Assembly (NCBI GenBank): GCA_963827475.1
Contig: CAWHAZ010000007.1
Coordinates: 32,001-96,000, forward strand
Direction of reading: 5' to 3'
Origin: an uncultured Chloroflexia bacterium
GTDB lineage: Bacteria > Chloroflexota > Limnocylindria > QHBO01
Length of the DNA: 64,000 nt
Made by a program: the position numbers and the translations under genes. The notes below the pieces were generated by a model. The model worked only from the letters and a program-made list of their open reading frames with translations, had not been told where the DNA came from and did no database searches. This document shows positions 20,579 through 31,695 of this stretch, piece after piece; within the stretch, counting starts at the first letter, position 1; every line of letters starts with the position of its first letter.

Positions 20579-21465
20579 GTGCTGCAGGGAACCTGGTTGT
20601 CCTCGACCACGATGATCTGGCCCGCCCCGGCGGCCGGGATCTGGATCCGGGAGATGGTGCAGTTATCGGCGTCGTTGGTCTCGAGGAAGTCATTCGGCTC
20701 GTCGACGGTGGCGGTCAGGGTGTAGGTGCCGCCGGCCATGCCGGTGATGTCGACCCACTGGTACTCGAAGCTCCACTGGTATCGGTCACCCCAGCCCAGC
20801 GACAACCCCATCCGGACGGTGAGGTCGTCCGGCTCGCCGCACCAGGCGAACCGATAGAAGCTGCTGACCGGAGACCCGGGGATGGCGGCGTTGGTCCGCA
20901 TGTTGTCGAAGAAGCAGAAGTCGAGCTTGCTGCCGAACCGCGAGGTCCCCGGGTCGAGGACCGGGGTGAGCTCCATGGTCACCACCCGCTGGGAGTGCCA
21001 GTGGTCGTGCCCGTCGCCGGCGTACTCGGCGCGAACGGGAGTCGGCACCTGGACGGTGCCGCCAGCGGGCAGGGCCACGATCTGGGTCATGCTCATCGTC
21101 GGCTGATTGGTATCCGCCCGGCTGCCGATCAGCTCCATCGGTCCGACCCCGTCGTTGCTGAAGATCGTCGTCACCCGCAGCAACCGGCGGTCGTTGCGGA
21201 ACTCCACCCGCCATTCGGCCAGCGGCTCCATGACCAGGTTCGGCAGCAGGGCATCGGCGGGAACCACCGGGGTGGGGACCGGAGTCGGTGGCACGCTGGG
21301 TGGCGGCTCGGAGTCGGGGGCCGGGCTCTCGCCCTCGGTGGGGCTCACGCTGGGTCCGGCGGAGACGCCACCAGAGCCTCCGACCGAACCCGCCGGGCTC
21401 GGCGAACAGGCGGCCAGCACCACGCAGAGCACGGCGGCGAGGCTGAGCCAGCGGCGGGTCGTCAC
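20575..21465 (-). CDS. Lysyl oxidase-like lipoprotein
   Basis: Lipobox VLAAC, Pro/Ser linker, LLPNL, GHDHWH, KLDFCFFD, GLSLGWGDRY, QWVDITG, ETNDADN. Confidence 0.8.
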   Translation of the reverse strand: MTTRRWLSLAAVLCVVLAACSPSPAGSVGGSGGVSAGPSVSPTEGESPAPDSEPPPSVPPTPVPTPVVPADALLPNLVMEPLAEWRVEFRNDRRLLRVTTIFSNDGVGPMELIGSRADTNQPTMSMTQIVALPAGGTVQVPTPVRAEYAGDGHDHWHSQRVVTMELTPVLDPGTSRFGSKLDFCFFDNMRTNAAIPGSPVSSFYRFAWCGEPDDLTVRMGLSLGWGDRYQWSFEYQWVDITGMAGGTYTLTATVDEPNDFLETNDADNCTISRIQIPAAGAGQIIVVEDNQVPCST

Positions 21466-22478
21466 CGCGGCAGGATAGATCGATCCGCCGATGCGTCGGG
21501 CTCGACCGCCTCGGCGTCCGCCATCGCGGGCTCGACTGCCTCGTGCTCGGCGGCCTCGACTCCCGGCCGGCGCTGGACGACGATGGCGGCGACCACGATG
21601 CAGGCGCCGCCCACGATCTGGAGGGGCGTCGGCAGCTCGGCCAGCAGGAGCGCCGCGAGCACGATGCCGACCACCGGCTCGAGGGTCGAGATGATGGCCG
21701 CCCGCGGCGCGCCGAGGATCCGGATGCCCATGATCCAGGCCATGGTCGGGATCCCGGCCCCGATCACCCCGGCGAACAGGACCGGGACCAGCGCGGCGCT
21801 CGAATCCAGTGGCTGCCCCAGTGCGCCGAGCTGGCCGATGACCAGCAACACGACCAGGTAGGTGGCTCCCGCCACCGCGAAGGTCCCGCCCGCGGCCTGC
21901 GGGGAGGGGATCGACGGGAAGCCATGTCGCGCGGTCAGGGCGTAGGCCACCTGGCACAGGGCGCCGAGGAAGGCGAGGCCCACCCCGAGCGCGTCGAGCT
22001 GCCCGACCTGCCCGGCGCCGACCAGGACGAGGACCAGGCCGACCAGGCTCACGGCCAGTGCCGCCCAGCGGGTCCGATCCAGCCGCTCCCCGAAGAACAG
22101 CGTCGACACGACCGCGACCATGGCCGGGTAGGTGTAGAAGACCAGCAGCGCGAGACCGATGCTGATCCGGGTGATGGCCACCAGCACGGTGATGTTCAGG
22201 GCGGCATTGATGAGACCCGCCACCACGTTCATCACCGCGTGGCGGCGTGGGATCTCGCGCCACGGCCGGGCGACGACCTGACCCAGCCGGAACAGGATGG
22301 CGGCCACCACGATCACGACCAGGCCGCCGATCACCGCCCGCCAGGTGACGAGCACCAGCGGATCGACCCCGGCCGCGAAGGCGAAGCGCGAGGCCGGTCC
22401 CAGGGTGGCGAATCCGAACGCGGCGATGACGACCAGGCCAGCGCCCAACCCCTCGCCGATCGGTCGATCGGCCCTCAT
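21462..22478 (-). CDS. EamA/DMT family transporter
   Basis: About 10 TM helices, YTYPAMV, LFFGERL, IISTLEPV. Confidence 0.9.
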   Translation of the reverse strand: MRADRPIGEGLGAGLVVIAAFGFATLGPASRFAFAAGVDPLVLVTWRAVIGGLVVIVVAAILFRLGQVVARPWREIPRRHAVMNVVAGLINAALNITVLVAITRISIGLALLVFYTYPAMVAVVSTLFFGERLDRTRWAALAVSLVGLVLVLVGAGQVGQLDALGVGLAFLGALCQVAYALTARHGFPSIPSPQAAGGTFAVAGATYLVVLLVIGQLGALGQPLDSSAALVPVLFAGVIGAGIPTMAWIMGIRILGAPRAAIISTLEPVVGIVLAALLLAELPTPLQIVGGACIVVAAIVVQRRPGVEAAEHEAVEPAMADAEAVEPDASADRSILPR

Positions 22479-24467
22479 CCAGCGGGCTCGGCGGTGGCCA
22501 GCTCGGCAGCGAGCCGATCGCGGTCGGCGGTGAGGGCGGTGGAGCGGTCGAGCGCGGCGTTGTGGGCATCGATCAGCCGGCGCACCAGCGCCGAATCGGT
22601 GTAGGTGGCGGGATCACCCAGGCGCGCGGTCAGGTCGGCCAGCTCGGACTCGACGGCCGCCAGATCGGCCTCGGTGCGGTCCAGCTCCGCGCGCGCTCCG
22701 CGCGTCTCGCGGTGCCGCGCGTTGCGGGCCTCGGCCTCCGCCCGTTTGCGGGACGTAGCCTGGTCCGCCGTCTCGTGGCGAGGGGTCGGGGTGACCACGC
22801 CGCGGGGAGTCGCGACCCCCTCCGATGCCCCCGGCCGCTCGATGTCGATCCCGCGGGCTTCGGCGTACGACTCGAAGTCGTCGGGGTACAGGATTGCCGT
22901 GCCGCCGTTGCACCTCGATGATCGTGTTGGCCACGGTGCGGATCAGGTATCGGTCATGGGTGATCAGGACCAGGGTCCCGCCGAAGGCGGTCAGCGCGTC
23001 CTCGAGGACGTCGCGGCTCTGGATGTCGAGGTGGTTGGTCGGCTCGTCGAGGCAGAGCAGGTTGGCCGGGTCGGCCAGCATCTTGGCCAGCGCCAGGCGG
23101 GTCTGCTCCCCGCCGGACAGGACCTTGACCGGCTTGGTGATGTCGGCGCCCGAGAACAGGAACGCCCCCAGCAGCCGCCGTTGCTCGGCCGAGGTCATTC
23201 GCGGCGCGGCCTCCTCGAGCTCCTCGAGCACCGTGTGGCGCGGGTTCAGGGCCTCGATCTGGTGCTGGGCGAAGTAGGCGACCTGCACGTTGTGGCCCAG
23301 CTGGCGGTCGCCGGACTGGAACTCGAGGACACCGGCCAGGATCTTCAGCAGCGTGCTCTTGCCGGCGCCGTTGGGACCGATGAGCGCGACCTTCTGGCCG
23401 CGCTCCAGCGTGAGATCGAGCCCGTCGTACACCGTGTGGTCGCCGTACCGCTTGGTGACCCCGTCGAGGGTGATCACCGTCCGGCCGCTGCGGATCGGCT
23501 GCGGGAAGCGGAAGCGGATGGACTTCGTCCGCGTCTCGGGCACGACTACCCGATCCATGCGCTCGAGGTACTTGATCTTGGCCTGGGCCTGGCGCGCCTT
23601 CGACTTCTTGTAGCGGAAGCGCTCGATGAAGCGCTCGATGCGGACGACCTCGCGGCCCTGGACCCGGGCGTGGCGCGCCAGCTCGGCCAGCCGGATGTCG
23701 CGCTGCTCGACGAAATCGGCGTAGTCGCCGACGTACTCGGTCAGGGAGTTGCGGGCCAGCTCCGCCACCCGGTTGGCGACGACGTTGATGAAGTCACGGT
23801 CGTGGCTGACCAGGATGACCGCACCGGCGTACTCGGCCAGGAAGCCCTGCAGCCATTCGACCGATGCCAGGTCGAGGTGGTTCGACGGCTCGTCGAGGAG
23901 CAGCAGGTCGGGGTTGGCCAGCAGGAGGCGGGCGAGGGCGACCCGCATCATCCAGCCACCCGAGAACTCACCGATGTCGCGCTCGGCGTCACCCTCGGCG
24001 AAGCCCAGGCCGGCCAGGATGCGACGAGCCTCCGCCTCGATCGACCAGCCGCCGAGCTGCTCGAACCGATGCTGGAGGCGCCCGTACTCGTCCATCAGCT
24101 CGGCCAGCTCGGTCTCGGCATCCGGGCCGGAGCCGGCCTCGGCCATCTCCTGCTCGATGTGCGTCATCCGCCGGCCGATGCCGGCCACCGTGCCGGCTCC
24201 GGCCAGCACCTCGGCCAGGACCGAGCGACCCCGCGACTCGGCGACCTCCTGGCGCAGGTACCCGATCACCACGTCCTTGCCCCGGGCCACGGCACCGGTG
24301 TCCGGATCCTGCTCGCCGGTGATGATCTCGAGCAGGGTCGTCTTGCCCGTCCCGTTGGCGCCGACGATGGCGATCCGCCGCCCGGCGCTGACCTGGAGCG
24401 AGACGTCACTGAACAGGTGCTGGGCGCCGTGGCTCTTCGACACCCCCGACAGCGAGACGAGGCTCAT
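22475..24467 (-). CDS. ABC-F family ATP-binding protein (frameshifts near 22900)
   Basis: Two NBDs ([26 protein letters not shown]; [26 protein letters not shown]), no TM segments, C-terminal coiled coil. Confidence 0.92.
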
Positions 24468-24477
24468 GCGCGGCAGC

Positions 24478-25410
24478 TCACTCCCGCGGCTCGGCGGAAC
24501 TCAGCCGCGCACCGTCGAGATCGAACCGGAGCCGGGTGGCCATGCCCGCGTGGCCGTCGGCGTTCCACGCCTTCTCCACCGAGTGCGCCGTGAGCGGGGA
24601 GTCGCAGATGGCCAGCACCGACGGCCCGGCGCCCGACAGGCATGCCCCGGCGGCACCGATGTCGTACGCGGTCTGAATCAGCCGCGCGGCGCCGGGGAGC
24701 AGTGGCAGGCGGTAGGGCTGGTGCAGCCGGTCGTCCATGGCCACCCGGAGCAGGGCCGCGTCCGAGGTGAGCACCGCGGTCGCCAGCAGCGCCGCCCGGG
24801 CGGCCTGGTTTACGGCATCGGGGAGCGGGACGCGGCCGGGCAAGGCGGCCCGCATGTCCGCCGTGTGGCTCTCCGCCTGGGCGATGAACAGCACCGGGAT
24901 CCACGCCTCCGGCACCCGGAAGCGGCGGACGGTGACGTCGCGCGGTTCCATGACGGCCAGGGTGAATCCGCCGTACAGGGCAGCCGCGACGTTGTCCGGG
25001 TGGCCCTCGAGGCGGGCGGCGAGGGCCAGCAGCTGATCGGCGGTGGTCGGCAGCCGTCCGGCGCTCGCGCCGAGCAGGAGGCCGGCCACGATGGCCGCGG
25101 CGCTGCTGCCGAGGCCACGGGCCGCGGGGATCATCGACGACACCTCGATCCGCCACGCCCCGTTCCCGCCCGGCGGCCCGCCGGCGACGCGCAACCCCTC
25201 GCGGAACGCGCGCACCACCAGGCTGTCGGACCCGGCCGACTCGGCCTCCGCCGCCCCCTCGCCGTGGGCGGTCAGCACGATCCCGGGCAGGTTCCCCGCG
25301 TGCAGCTCCGCCCGCAGCTTCAGGCTGAGGGCGGCGGCGAAGCAGTCGAACCCGCTGCCGAGGTTGGCGGTGCTGGCCGGTACGTCGACCGAGGCGATGG
25401 GCGTGGCCAC
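24478..25410 (-). CDS. thrB: Homoserine kinase
   Basis: [50 protein letters not shown]. Confidence 0.93.
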   Translation of the reverse strand: MATPIASVDVPASTANLGSGFDCFAAALSLKLRAELHAGNLPGIVLTAHGEGAAEAESAGSDSLVVRAFREGLRVAGGPPGGNGAWRIEVSSMIPAARGLGSSAAAIVAGLLLGASAGRLPTTADQLLALAARLEGHPDNVAAALYGGFTLAVMEPRDVTVRRFRVPEAWIPVLFIAQAESHTADMRAALPGRVPLPDAVNQAARAALLATAVLTSDAALLRVAMDDRLHQPYRLPLLPGAARLIQTAYDIGAAGACLSGAGPSVLAICDSPLTAHSVEKAWNADGHAGMATRLRFDLDGARLSSAEPRE

Positions 25411-25427
25411 GGCGCCGAGTGTATCGG

Positions 25428-26016
25428 TCAGGCCAGCCGAGCCACCTCGTCGTACCGGAAGCAGTCGACCGTGTGGTCGTTCACCAGGCCGGCGCTCTGC
25501 ATGAAGGCGTACACGATCGTCGGTCCGACGAACGAGAAGCCGCGCCGCTTCAGGTCCTTCGACATGGCCCGCGAGATCATCCGTCTCGGCCGGGATCTCT
25601 TCCATGGCCTGCCATCGGTTCTGGATCGGCCGTCCGTCCACGAACGACCAGAGGTACCGATCGAGGCTGCCCGCCTCACCGATGACCTCCAACGCGGTGC
25701 GCGCGTTGCCGATGGCGGAGGCCACCTTGGCCCGGTTGCGGATGATTCCCGCGTCGGCGAGCAGCCGCGCCTCGTCGTCCGGCCCAAAGGCGGCAACGGT
25801 CGCGAGGTCGAACCTGGCGAAGGCGCGGCGGTAGCCGTCTCGCCGGTTGAGGATGGTTGTCCAGCTCAGCCCGGCCTGTGCTCCCTCCAGGATGAGCAGC
25901 TCGAAGAGGGCACGGTCGTCGTGGAGCGGGACGCCCCACTCGTCGTCGTGGTACGCGAGCATGTTGGCCGCCGAGCCGGTGGTCCACCGGCAGCGGACGA
26001 GGTCCCGCTCAGTCAC
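25428..26016 (-). CDS. tag: DNA-3-methyladenine glycosylase I (frameshift near 25575)
   Basis: YHDDEWGVP, LEGAQAGLSW, IIRNRAKV, FVGPTIVYAFMQSAGLVNDH. Confidence 0.93.
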
Positions 26017-27064
26017 CGAGCGCTTCGCGAATGGCGTCCGCGGTGGGTTCGACCGGCTTCGTGGCCGGGAGCTCACCGGGTGCCGTATCCGGGTCCTTGA
26101 GGCCGTGCCCGGTGAGGATGCAGACCACGGTTGCCGAGCGTTCGAGGCGGCCGCTCGCCGCCAGCTGCCTGACCCCGGCGACCCCGGCCGCGGACGCCGG
26201 CTCGCAGAAGATGCCCTCGAGCCGGGCGATGTCCGCCTGCGCGCCCAGGATCTGCTCGTCGGTGACCGATTCGATCAGGCCGCCGGACTCGTCGCGGGCG
26301 GCCGTGGCCCCGGACCACGAGGCGGGGTTCCCGATCCGAATGGCGGTGGCCACCGTCTCCGGCTCGGCCACCGGGGCGTCGTTCACGATCGGGGCCGCGC
26401 CGGCGGCCTGGAACCCGAGCATCCGCGGCCGTCGGCCCTGCGTCCGTCCCGCCGCGTCGTAGGCGACGAAGCCGCGCCAGGAAGCGGTGATATTGCCCGC
26501 GTTGCCGACCGGCAGCGCGACCGCGTCGGGCGCGCCGTCGAGCGCGTCGCAGATCTCCCACGCCACGGTCTGTTGGCCCTCGAGCCGATCCGGGTTGATG
26601 GAGTTCACGACCACGGCTTCCCCGGACGCACCGAGCTCGCGCACGGCGTCCAGCGCGGCATCGAAGTTGCCCTCGACCATGACCGTCCGCGCGCCGGCGG
26701 CGAGGGCCTGGGCCAGCTTGCCGCGGGCCACCTTGCCCTGGGGCAGGACCACGCCACAGGTCAGGCCGGCGGCCGCCGCGTAGGCCGCTGCCGAGGCGCT
26801 CGTGTTCCCGGTGGAGGCGCACACCACCAACCGGGCGCCGGAGGCCACGGCCCGGTTGACGGCCAGGACCATGCCCCGGTCCTTGAACGACCCGGTCGGG
26901 TTGGTGCCCTCGAACTTCAGGTAGAGGTGGTCGAGCCCGACGGCGGCCCCCAGGCGTCGCGCCTCCACCAGCGGCGTTCCGCCCTCGCCCAGGGTGAGCG
27001 GGAACGCCTCATCGGGGCGGGCGAGGAGGTCTCGGTACCGTTCGAGCAGGGGCGGTGGCGCCAC
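26009..27064 (-). CDS. thrC: Threonine synthase
   Basis: LGEGGTPL, KFEGTNPTGSFKDRG, CASTGNTSAS, PVGNAGN, EPASAA, TGHGLKDP. Confidence 0.93.
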   Translation of the reverse strand: MAPPPLLERYRDLLARPDEAFPLTLGEGGTPLVEARRLGAAVGLDHLYLKFEGTNPTGSFKDRGMVLAVNRAVASGARLVVCASTGNTSASAAAYAAAAGLTCGVVLPQGKVARGKLAQALAAGARTVMVEGNFDAALDAVRELGASGEAVVVNSINPDRLEGQQTVAWEICDALDGAPDAVALPVGNAGNITASWRGFVAYDAAGRTQGRRPRMLGFQAAGAAPIVNDAPVAEPETVATAIRIGNPASWSGATAARDESGGLIESVTDEQILGAQADIARLEGIFCEPASAAGVAGVRQLAASGRLERSATVVCILTGHGLKDPDTAPGELPATKPVEPTADAIREALGD

Positions 27065-27071
27065 CGGACCG

Positions 27072-30000
27072 TCAGGCGAAGGCGTCGCGGACGATGCGAG
27101 CCTGCTCCGCGGCGTGAGCGGCGGGGTAGCCCTCGGCCGGGCGCGAGCGCTCCGGACGGGAGACGTCGCCCAGCGGAATCTTGAGCGCGACGATGGAGCG
27201 GATCTTGGGCAGCACGAACTTGCGCGCGCCCATGTTCCGCGGCTCCTCCTGCACCCAGCTCACCTTGCGCACCCGCGCGTAGCGGGCCAGCACGGCGGCC
27301 AGCGTCTCGCTGGGGAAGGGGTAGAGCTGCTCGACCCGGATGAGGGCCACGTCGGCGGCGGCCGCCCGCTCCTCCGACAGGGCCAGGTCGTAGTAGATCT
27401 TGCCGCTGCACAGGATGACCCGCCGCACGGCGGCCGCCGCCGCATCGGTCTGGCGCTCCGGGTCATCCACCACCGGCGCCCAGCCGCCGCTCGCCAGCTC
27501 GGACGGTCGTGACGCTGCCTCCGGCAGGCGGAGCAGGGACTTCGGGGTCATGACCACCAGGGGGCGAAGCTCCGCATGGAGGCCCTGGCGGCGGAGGAGG
27601 TGGAAGTACTGGGCCGCGGTGGTCGGGTAGGCGACCCGGATGTTGCCCTCCGCCCCGAGGGCGAGGAACCGCTCCAGGCGGGCGCTCGAATGCTCCGGCC
27701 CCTGGCCCTCGTAGCCGTGGGGCAGCAGAAGCGTCAGGCGGGACGTCTGCCGCCACTTCGCCAGCCCGGCGATGATGAACTGGTCGACCACGATCTCGGC
27801 CCCGTTGACGAAGTCGCCGTACTGCGCTTCCCACAGGACGAGGGCCTCGGGCACGGTCACCGCGTAGCCGTACTCGAAGGCGAGGCACGCGTACTCGCTC
27901 AGCGGGGAGTTGTGGACCTCGAAGCTGGCCTTCGCCTCGGCGAGGTGTTGCATCGGCGACCACGTGGCGTCGGTCGCGGCGTCGACCAGGACGGCGTGGC
28001 GCTGGCCGAAGGTGCCACGGACCGTGTCCTGGCCGGTGAGGCGGATCGGGACGCCGTCGCGCAGCAGGGCGGCGAACGCGAGGGCCTCCGCATGGCCCCA
28101 CTCGACACCCGGGTCGTCGCTGCCCATCGCGTCGCGGCGGCGGCCGATCTGGCGCACGAGCTTGGGATGGACGGTGAACTCCGCCGGCGTGGCGTTGAGC
28201 TCGCCGTTCAGCGCGAGAAGCGTATCCATGCCCACTGCGGTCGATGGCTCGGCCGGATGCTCGATGGTCAGCGCGTCCTCGCCCCGGTCGAGCGGCGGCT
28301 CGGCGTGGGCCTTGCGGACGGCGGCCTGGGCCGATCACCAGCACGCGCCGCACTTCGTCGGCCATGGCCGCGGCCTGCTTGGCCGAGAGGACTCGCGCCT
28401 CGACCAGCCGATCCGCGTACTGGGCCCGGACCGATGGTTGGCGGGCGATCCGCTCGTACATCAGCGGCTGGGTGTAGGACGGCTCATCCGCCTCGTTGTG
28501 CCCGTACCTGCGGTAGCCGACCAGGTCGATGACCACGTCGCCGTCGAATTCGGCCCGGTAGGCCATCGCCAGGCGGACCGCGTCCAGGCAGGCTTCCGGA
28601 TCGTCGGCGTTGACGTGGATGATCGGTACGTCGAAGCCCTTGGCCAGGTCGGAGGCCCATGTCGTGCTTCGCGCCTCGCCGACCGCGGTGGTGAAGCCGA
28701 TCTGGTTGTTGGCGATGAGGTGGACGGTGCCCCCGTTGGCATATCCCGCCAGGCGGGACAGGTTGAAGGTCTCCGCCACCACGCCCTGGGCGGCGAACGC
28801 CGCGTCCCCGTGGATGAGGATCGGGATCGTCCGGCTGGTGTCGACGCGGACCAGGGGGCCGCGGTGATCCGCCTGCTCGCCGCGGGCGCGGCCCTCCACC
28901 ACCGGCCCCACCGCCTCCAGGTGCGAGGGGTTCGGCATGAGGTTGACCTCCACCGTGCCATGCCGCGTCTCGTGCGTGCCCCCGGCGCCGAGGTGGTACT
29001 TCACGTCGTCGATCTCACGCCCCTCGGAACGCGCCCGGTGCCCGCTCCGGCCCGCCTCGAACTCGGCCAGGACCGATTGGAGCGGCAGCCCGACGATATG
29101 GGCGAGAACATTCAGCCGGCCGCGGTGGGCCATCCCGATGACCGCCCGCCGGGTGCCCTGCTCGGCGACCAGCTCGAGGACGAGGTCGAGCATGGGGACC
29201 ATCGTGTCCAGCCCCTCGATGCTGAACCGCTTCTGGCCGAGGTACGCCTTGTGCAGGAACTGCTCGAGCCCCTCCACCGCGGTCAGCCGGGCGAGCAGGC
29301 GCTTGCGCTCCTTCCGCTTCAGGCCTGACCGATATCGGCCCGACTCGATCGCCTCCCGGAGCCACGTCCGCTCGGCGTGGTTGGCGATGTGCTCGACCTC
29401 GTAGGCGATCGTCCCGCTGTAGGTCCGGCGCAGGCTCTCGAGGACTTCCGCCAGGGTGTCGCCGGAGACGTGGACGTTGAGCAGGTCGGCGCTGATCCGT
29501 CCCGCGGCGGCCGGGTCGAGGCCGTGGAACGCCGGGTCGAGGGCGGGGTCGCCCGGCGGGTCTGTCCCGAGCGGGTCGAGCCGGGCGGCGAGGTGGCCGT
29601 AGAGGCGGTGGGCGTCGATGAGGGCCATGGCCGAGGCCATGCGGGCCAGGTCCGCGCCGGAGACGGTCACCGCGGGCCCCGACGGTCCGCTGACCACGGG
29701 CTCGCCGGGTGCGGCTGTCGGGGCTGACGTGGTCTCGGCCGTGCTGGCCGGGGTGCCGGCGGCCGACAGGTCGGCCAGCGGTCCGACAGCCAGAGAGGTG
29801 GCCACCGCCTCGTAGAAGCCGTCGGCGCCGCCGACCAGGTCCGCCACGCGGCGCAGGAAGGCGCCCGATTCCGCGCCCTGGATCACGCGGTGGTCGTAGG
29901 TGGACGTGACGGTCATCACGCGGGAGGTGCCCACGTCCCGGATGGCGCCGGTGGCCACGATGCAGCCCTGACCGACCATCAGCCGGGGCAGCGAGGCGGT

Positions 30001-30711
30001 CGTGCCCAGGGTTCCGGGATTGGTCAGGGTGATCGTCGCGCCCGCGTAGTCGTCGGGACCGAGGCTTCCGTCCCGGGCGCCGGCCACCAGCTCCTCGTAG
30101 CGGGCATGGAACGCGGCGAACTCCATGTCCTGTGCTCCCTTGATGACCGGCACCACCAGGAAGCGGCCACCGTCCGGCCGCTCGACGTCCACCGCCAGCC
30201 CGAGGTTGACGGCCCCCGGATCGACGACGTGGGCTTTGCCCCCGACGTCCGCGAACGCTCGCGTCATGCCCGGCTGCTCCCCGGCGGCGCGGGCGACCGC
30301 GTACCCGACCAGGTGGGTGAAGCTGACCTTGCGCGGCGCGACGAGCTCGTTCAGCTGGCGTCGTCGCGCCTCGAGGACCTCGGTCGGGACGTCCCGGAAC
30401 GACGTGGCGGTGGGAACCGTGAGCGAGGCCGCCATGTTGGCCGCCAGCCGGGCGGAGGGCCCGCGGAGCGCGGTGGCGCCCGGCGGCGGCTCCTCGGCTT
30501 GCTCCGGGGCGGCCGCCGGCTCCGGTGGGCGGATCGGTTCAAACCCCCCCAGCCCGGCGTCGAACAGGCGCCGCCACTCGGTCTCGACGCTGGTCGGATC
30601 GGATCTGTATTGCTCGTAGACCGATGCGACGTAGCCCGCGTTCAGCCCTTCGAGGGCGTCGTCGAGCGCCTTGTCGATCGGGGAGCGGCCGTTGCCGTCG
30701 TCGGGGGGCAC
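27072..30711 (-). CDS. kgd: Multifunctional 2-oxoglutarate dehydrogenase (E2-like domain fused to E1; Kgd/OdhA type; frameshift near 28330)
   Basis: YDHRVIQGAESG acyltransferase domain, KRFSIEG, GMAHRGRLN, HGDAAFAAQG, WEAQYGDF, LLPHGYEGQGPEHSSARLER. Confidence 0.9.
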
Positions 30712-30788
30712 GCCGTAAGAATAGAGGCGGCCGCGGTGGCGGGCGGCGTCTATCGTTCAGCCACCATCCCCAATGGGAGCCGGCACCA

Positions 30789-31105
30789 TGATCGCTCGCA
30801 TCTGGCGCGGTCGGACCCGCGCCGAGCAGTCCGATGACTACCTCACCTTCCTCGAGCAAACCGGGTTCGCGGAGTACCGGGCCACGGACGGCAACCGCGG
30901 CGTGCTCTGCCTCAGGCGCGAAGTCGACGGGGCGTCCGAGTTCACCCTGATCACGCTGTGGGACTCCATGGACGCGATTCGACGCTTCGCCGGCGACGAG
31001 CCCGAGCTCGCGAAGTACTACCCCGACGATCCGACCTACCTGCTCGAGATGACCCGGTTCGTCGACCACTACGAGGTGGCCTGGCGCGACCTCGACGCGG
31101 TCTAG
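30789..31105 (+). CDS. Antibiotic biosynthesis monooxygenase (ABM) domain protein
   Basis: MIARIWRG, GNRGV, TLWDSMDAIRRFAG, KYYPDD. Confidence 0.8.
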
Positions 31106-31695
31106 CTCAGCTCCAGGCGGACGATCGGCCGGCCCTCGGCCCGGCGTTCGACCTCGGTAAAGCCCACGCGGGTGAACATGGCCAGCGTGCCGGTGAACAC
31201 GTTCGACTGCGGGTGGCGCTCCCCGCCAGTGTCGATCGGGTAACCCTCCAGCACGCGGGCGCCGCCGGCCCGAGCATGGTCGATCGCCGCCCGGAGAAGG
31301 GTCATGGCGATCCCCTTCCCTCGCTGCGCCCGTGGCATCCAGAAGCACACGATGGACCACACGCCCTCGTCGGCGGCCTCCGGGTTGCGCCGGCCCGGAC
31401 CGATGCTCGGCGAGCGGATGACTCGCCCGTAGTCCGGGCGCGGCGCGACGCTGATCCAGCCCACCGGTTTGCCGTCGCGGTAGGCGACCAGCCCCGGCTG
31501 CCGGTTCGCCGCGGTCAGCTCGCCCAGGAGCGCCTTGTTCCCGGCGCCCTTGTCGCGGATCCCGCGGTCGAACTCGGCGCCCGTCTGCCGCCACCACGTG
31601 CACCAGCAGTTCGAGAACGCCCCGCTCGGCCCGAACAGCTCCACCAGGTCGGGCCACCGCTCGGCGGTGAGCGGCCGGACCTCGACATCGCTCAC
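31102..31695 (-). CDS. GNAT family N-acetyltransferase
   Basis: CWCTWWR, VGWISVAPR, WSIVCF, RGKGIA, EGYP, GFTEV. Confidence 0.88.
   Translation of the reverse strand: MSDVEVRPLTAERWPDLVELFGPSGAFSNCWCTWWRQTGAEFDRGIRDKGAGNKALLGELTAANRQPGLVAYRDGKPVGWISVAPRPDYGRVIRSPSIGPGRRNPEAADEGVWSIVCFWMPRAQRGKGIAMTLLRAAIDHARAGGARVLEGYPIDTGGERHPQSNVFTGTLAMFTRVGFTEVERRAEGRPIVRLELS

Noticed and set aside
24478-26076. 532-aa Tag-homoserine kinase fusion ORF
   Set aside because: The Tag C-terminus (FVGPTIVYAFMQ...) continues in another frame to a stop at 25428, and thrB has its own -10 and GTG. This is a frameshift artefact.
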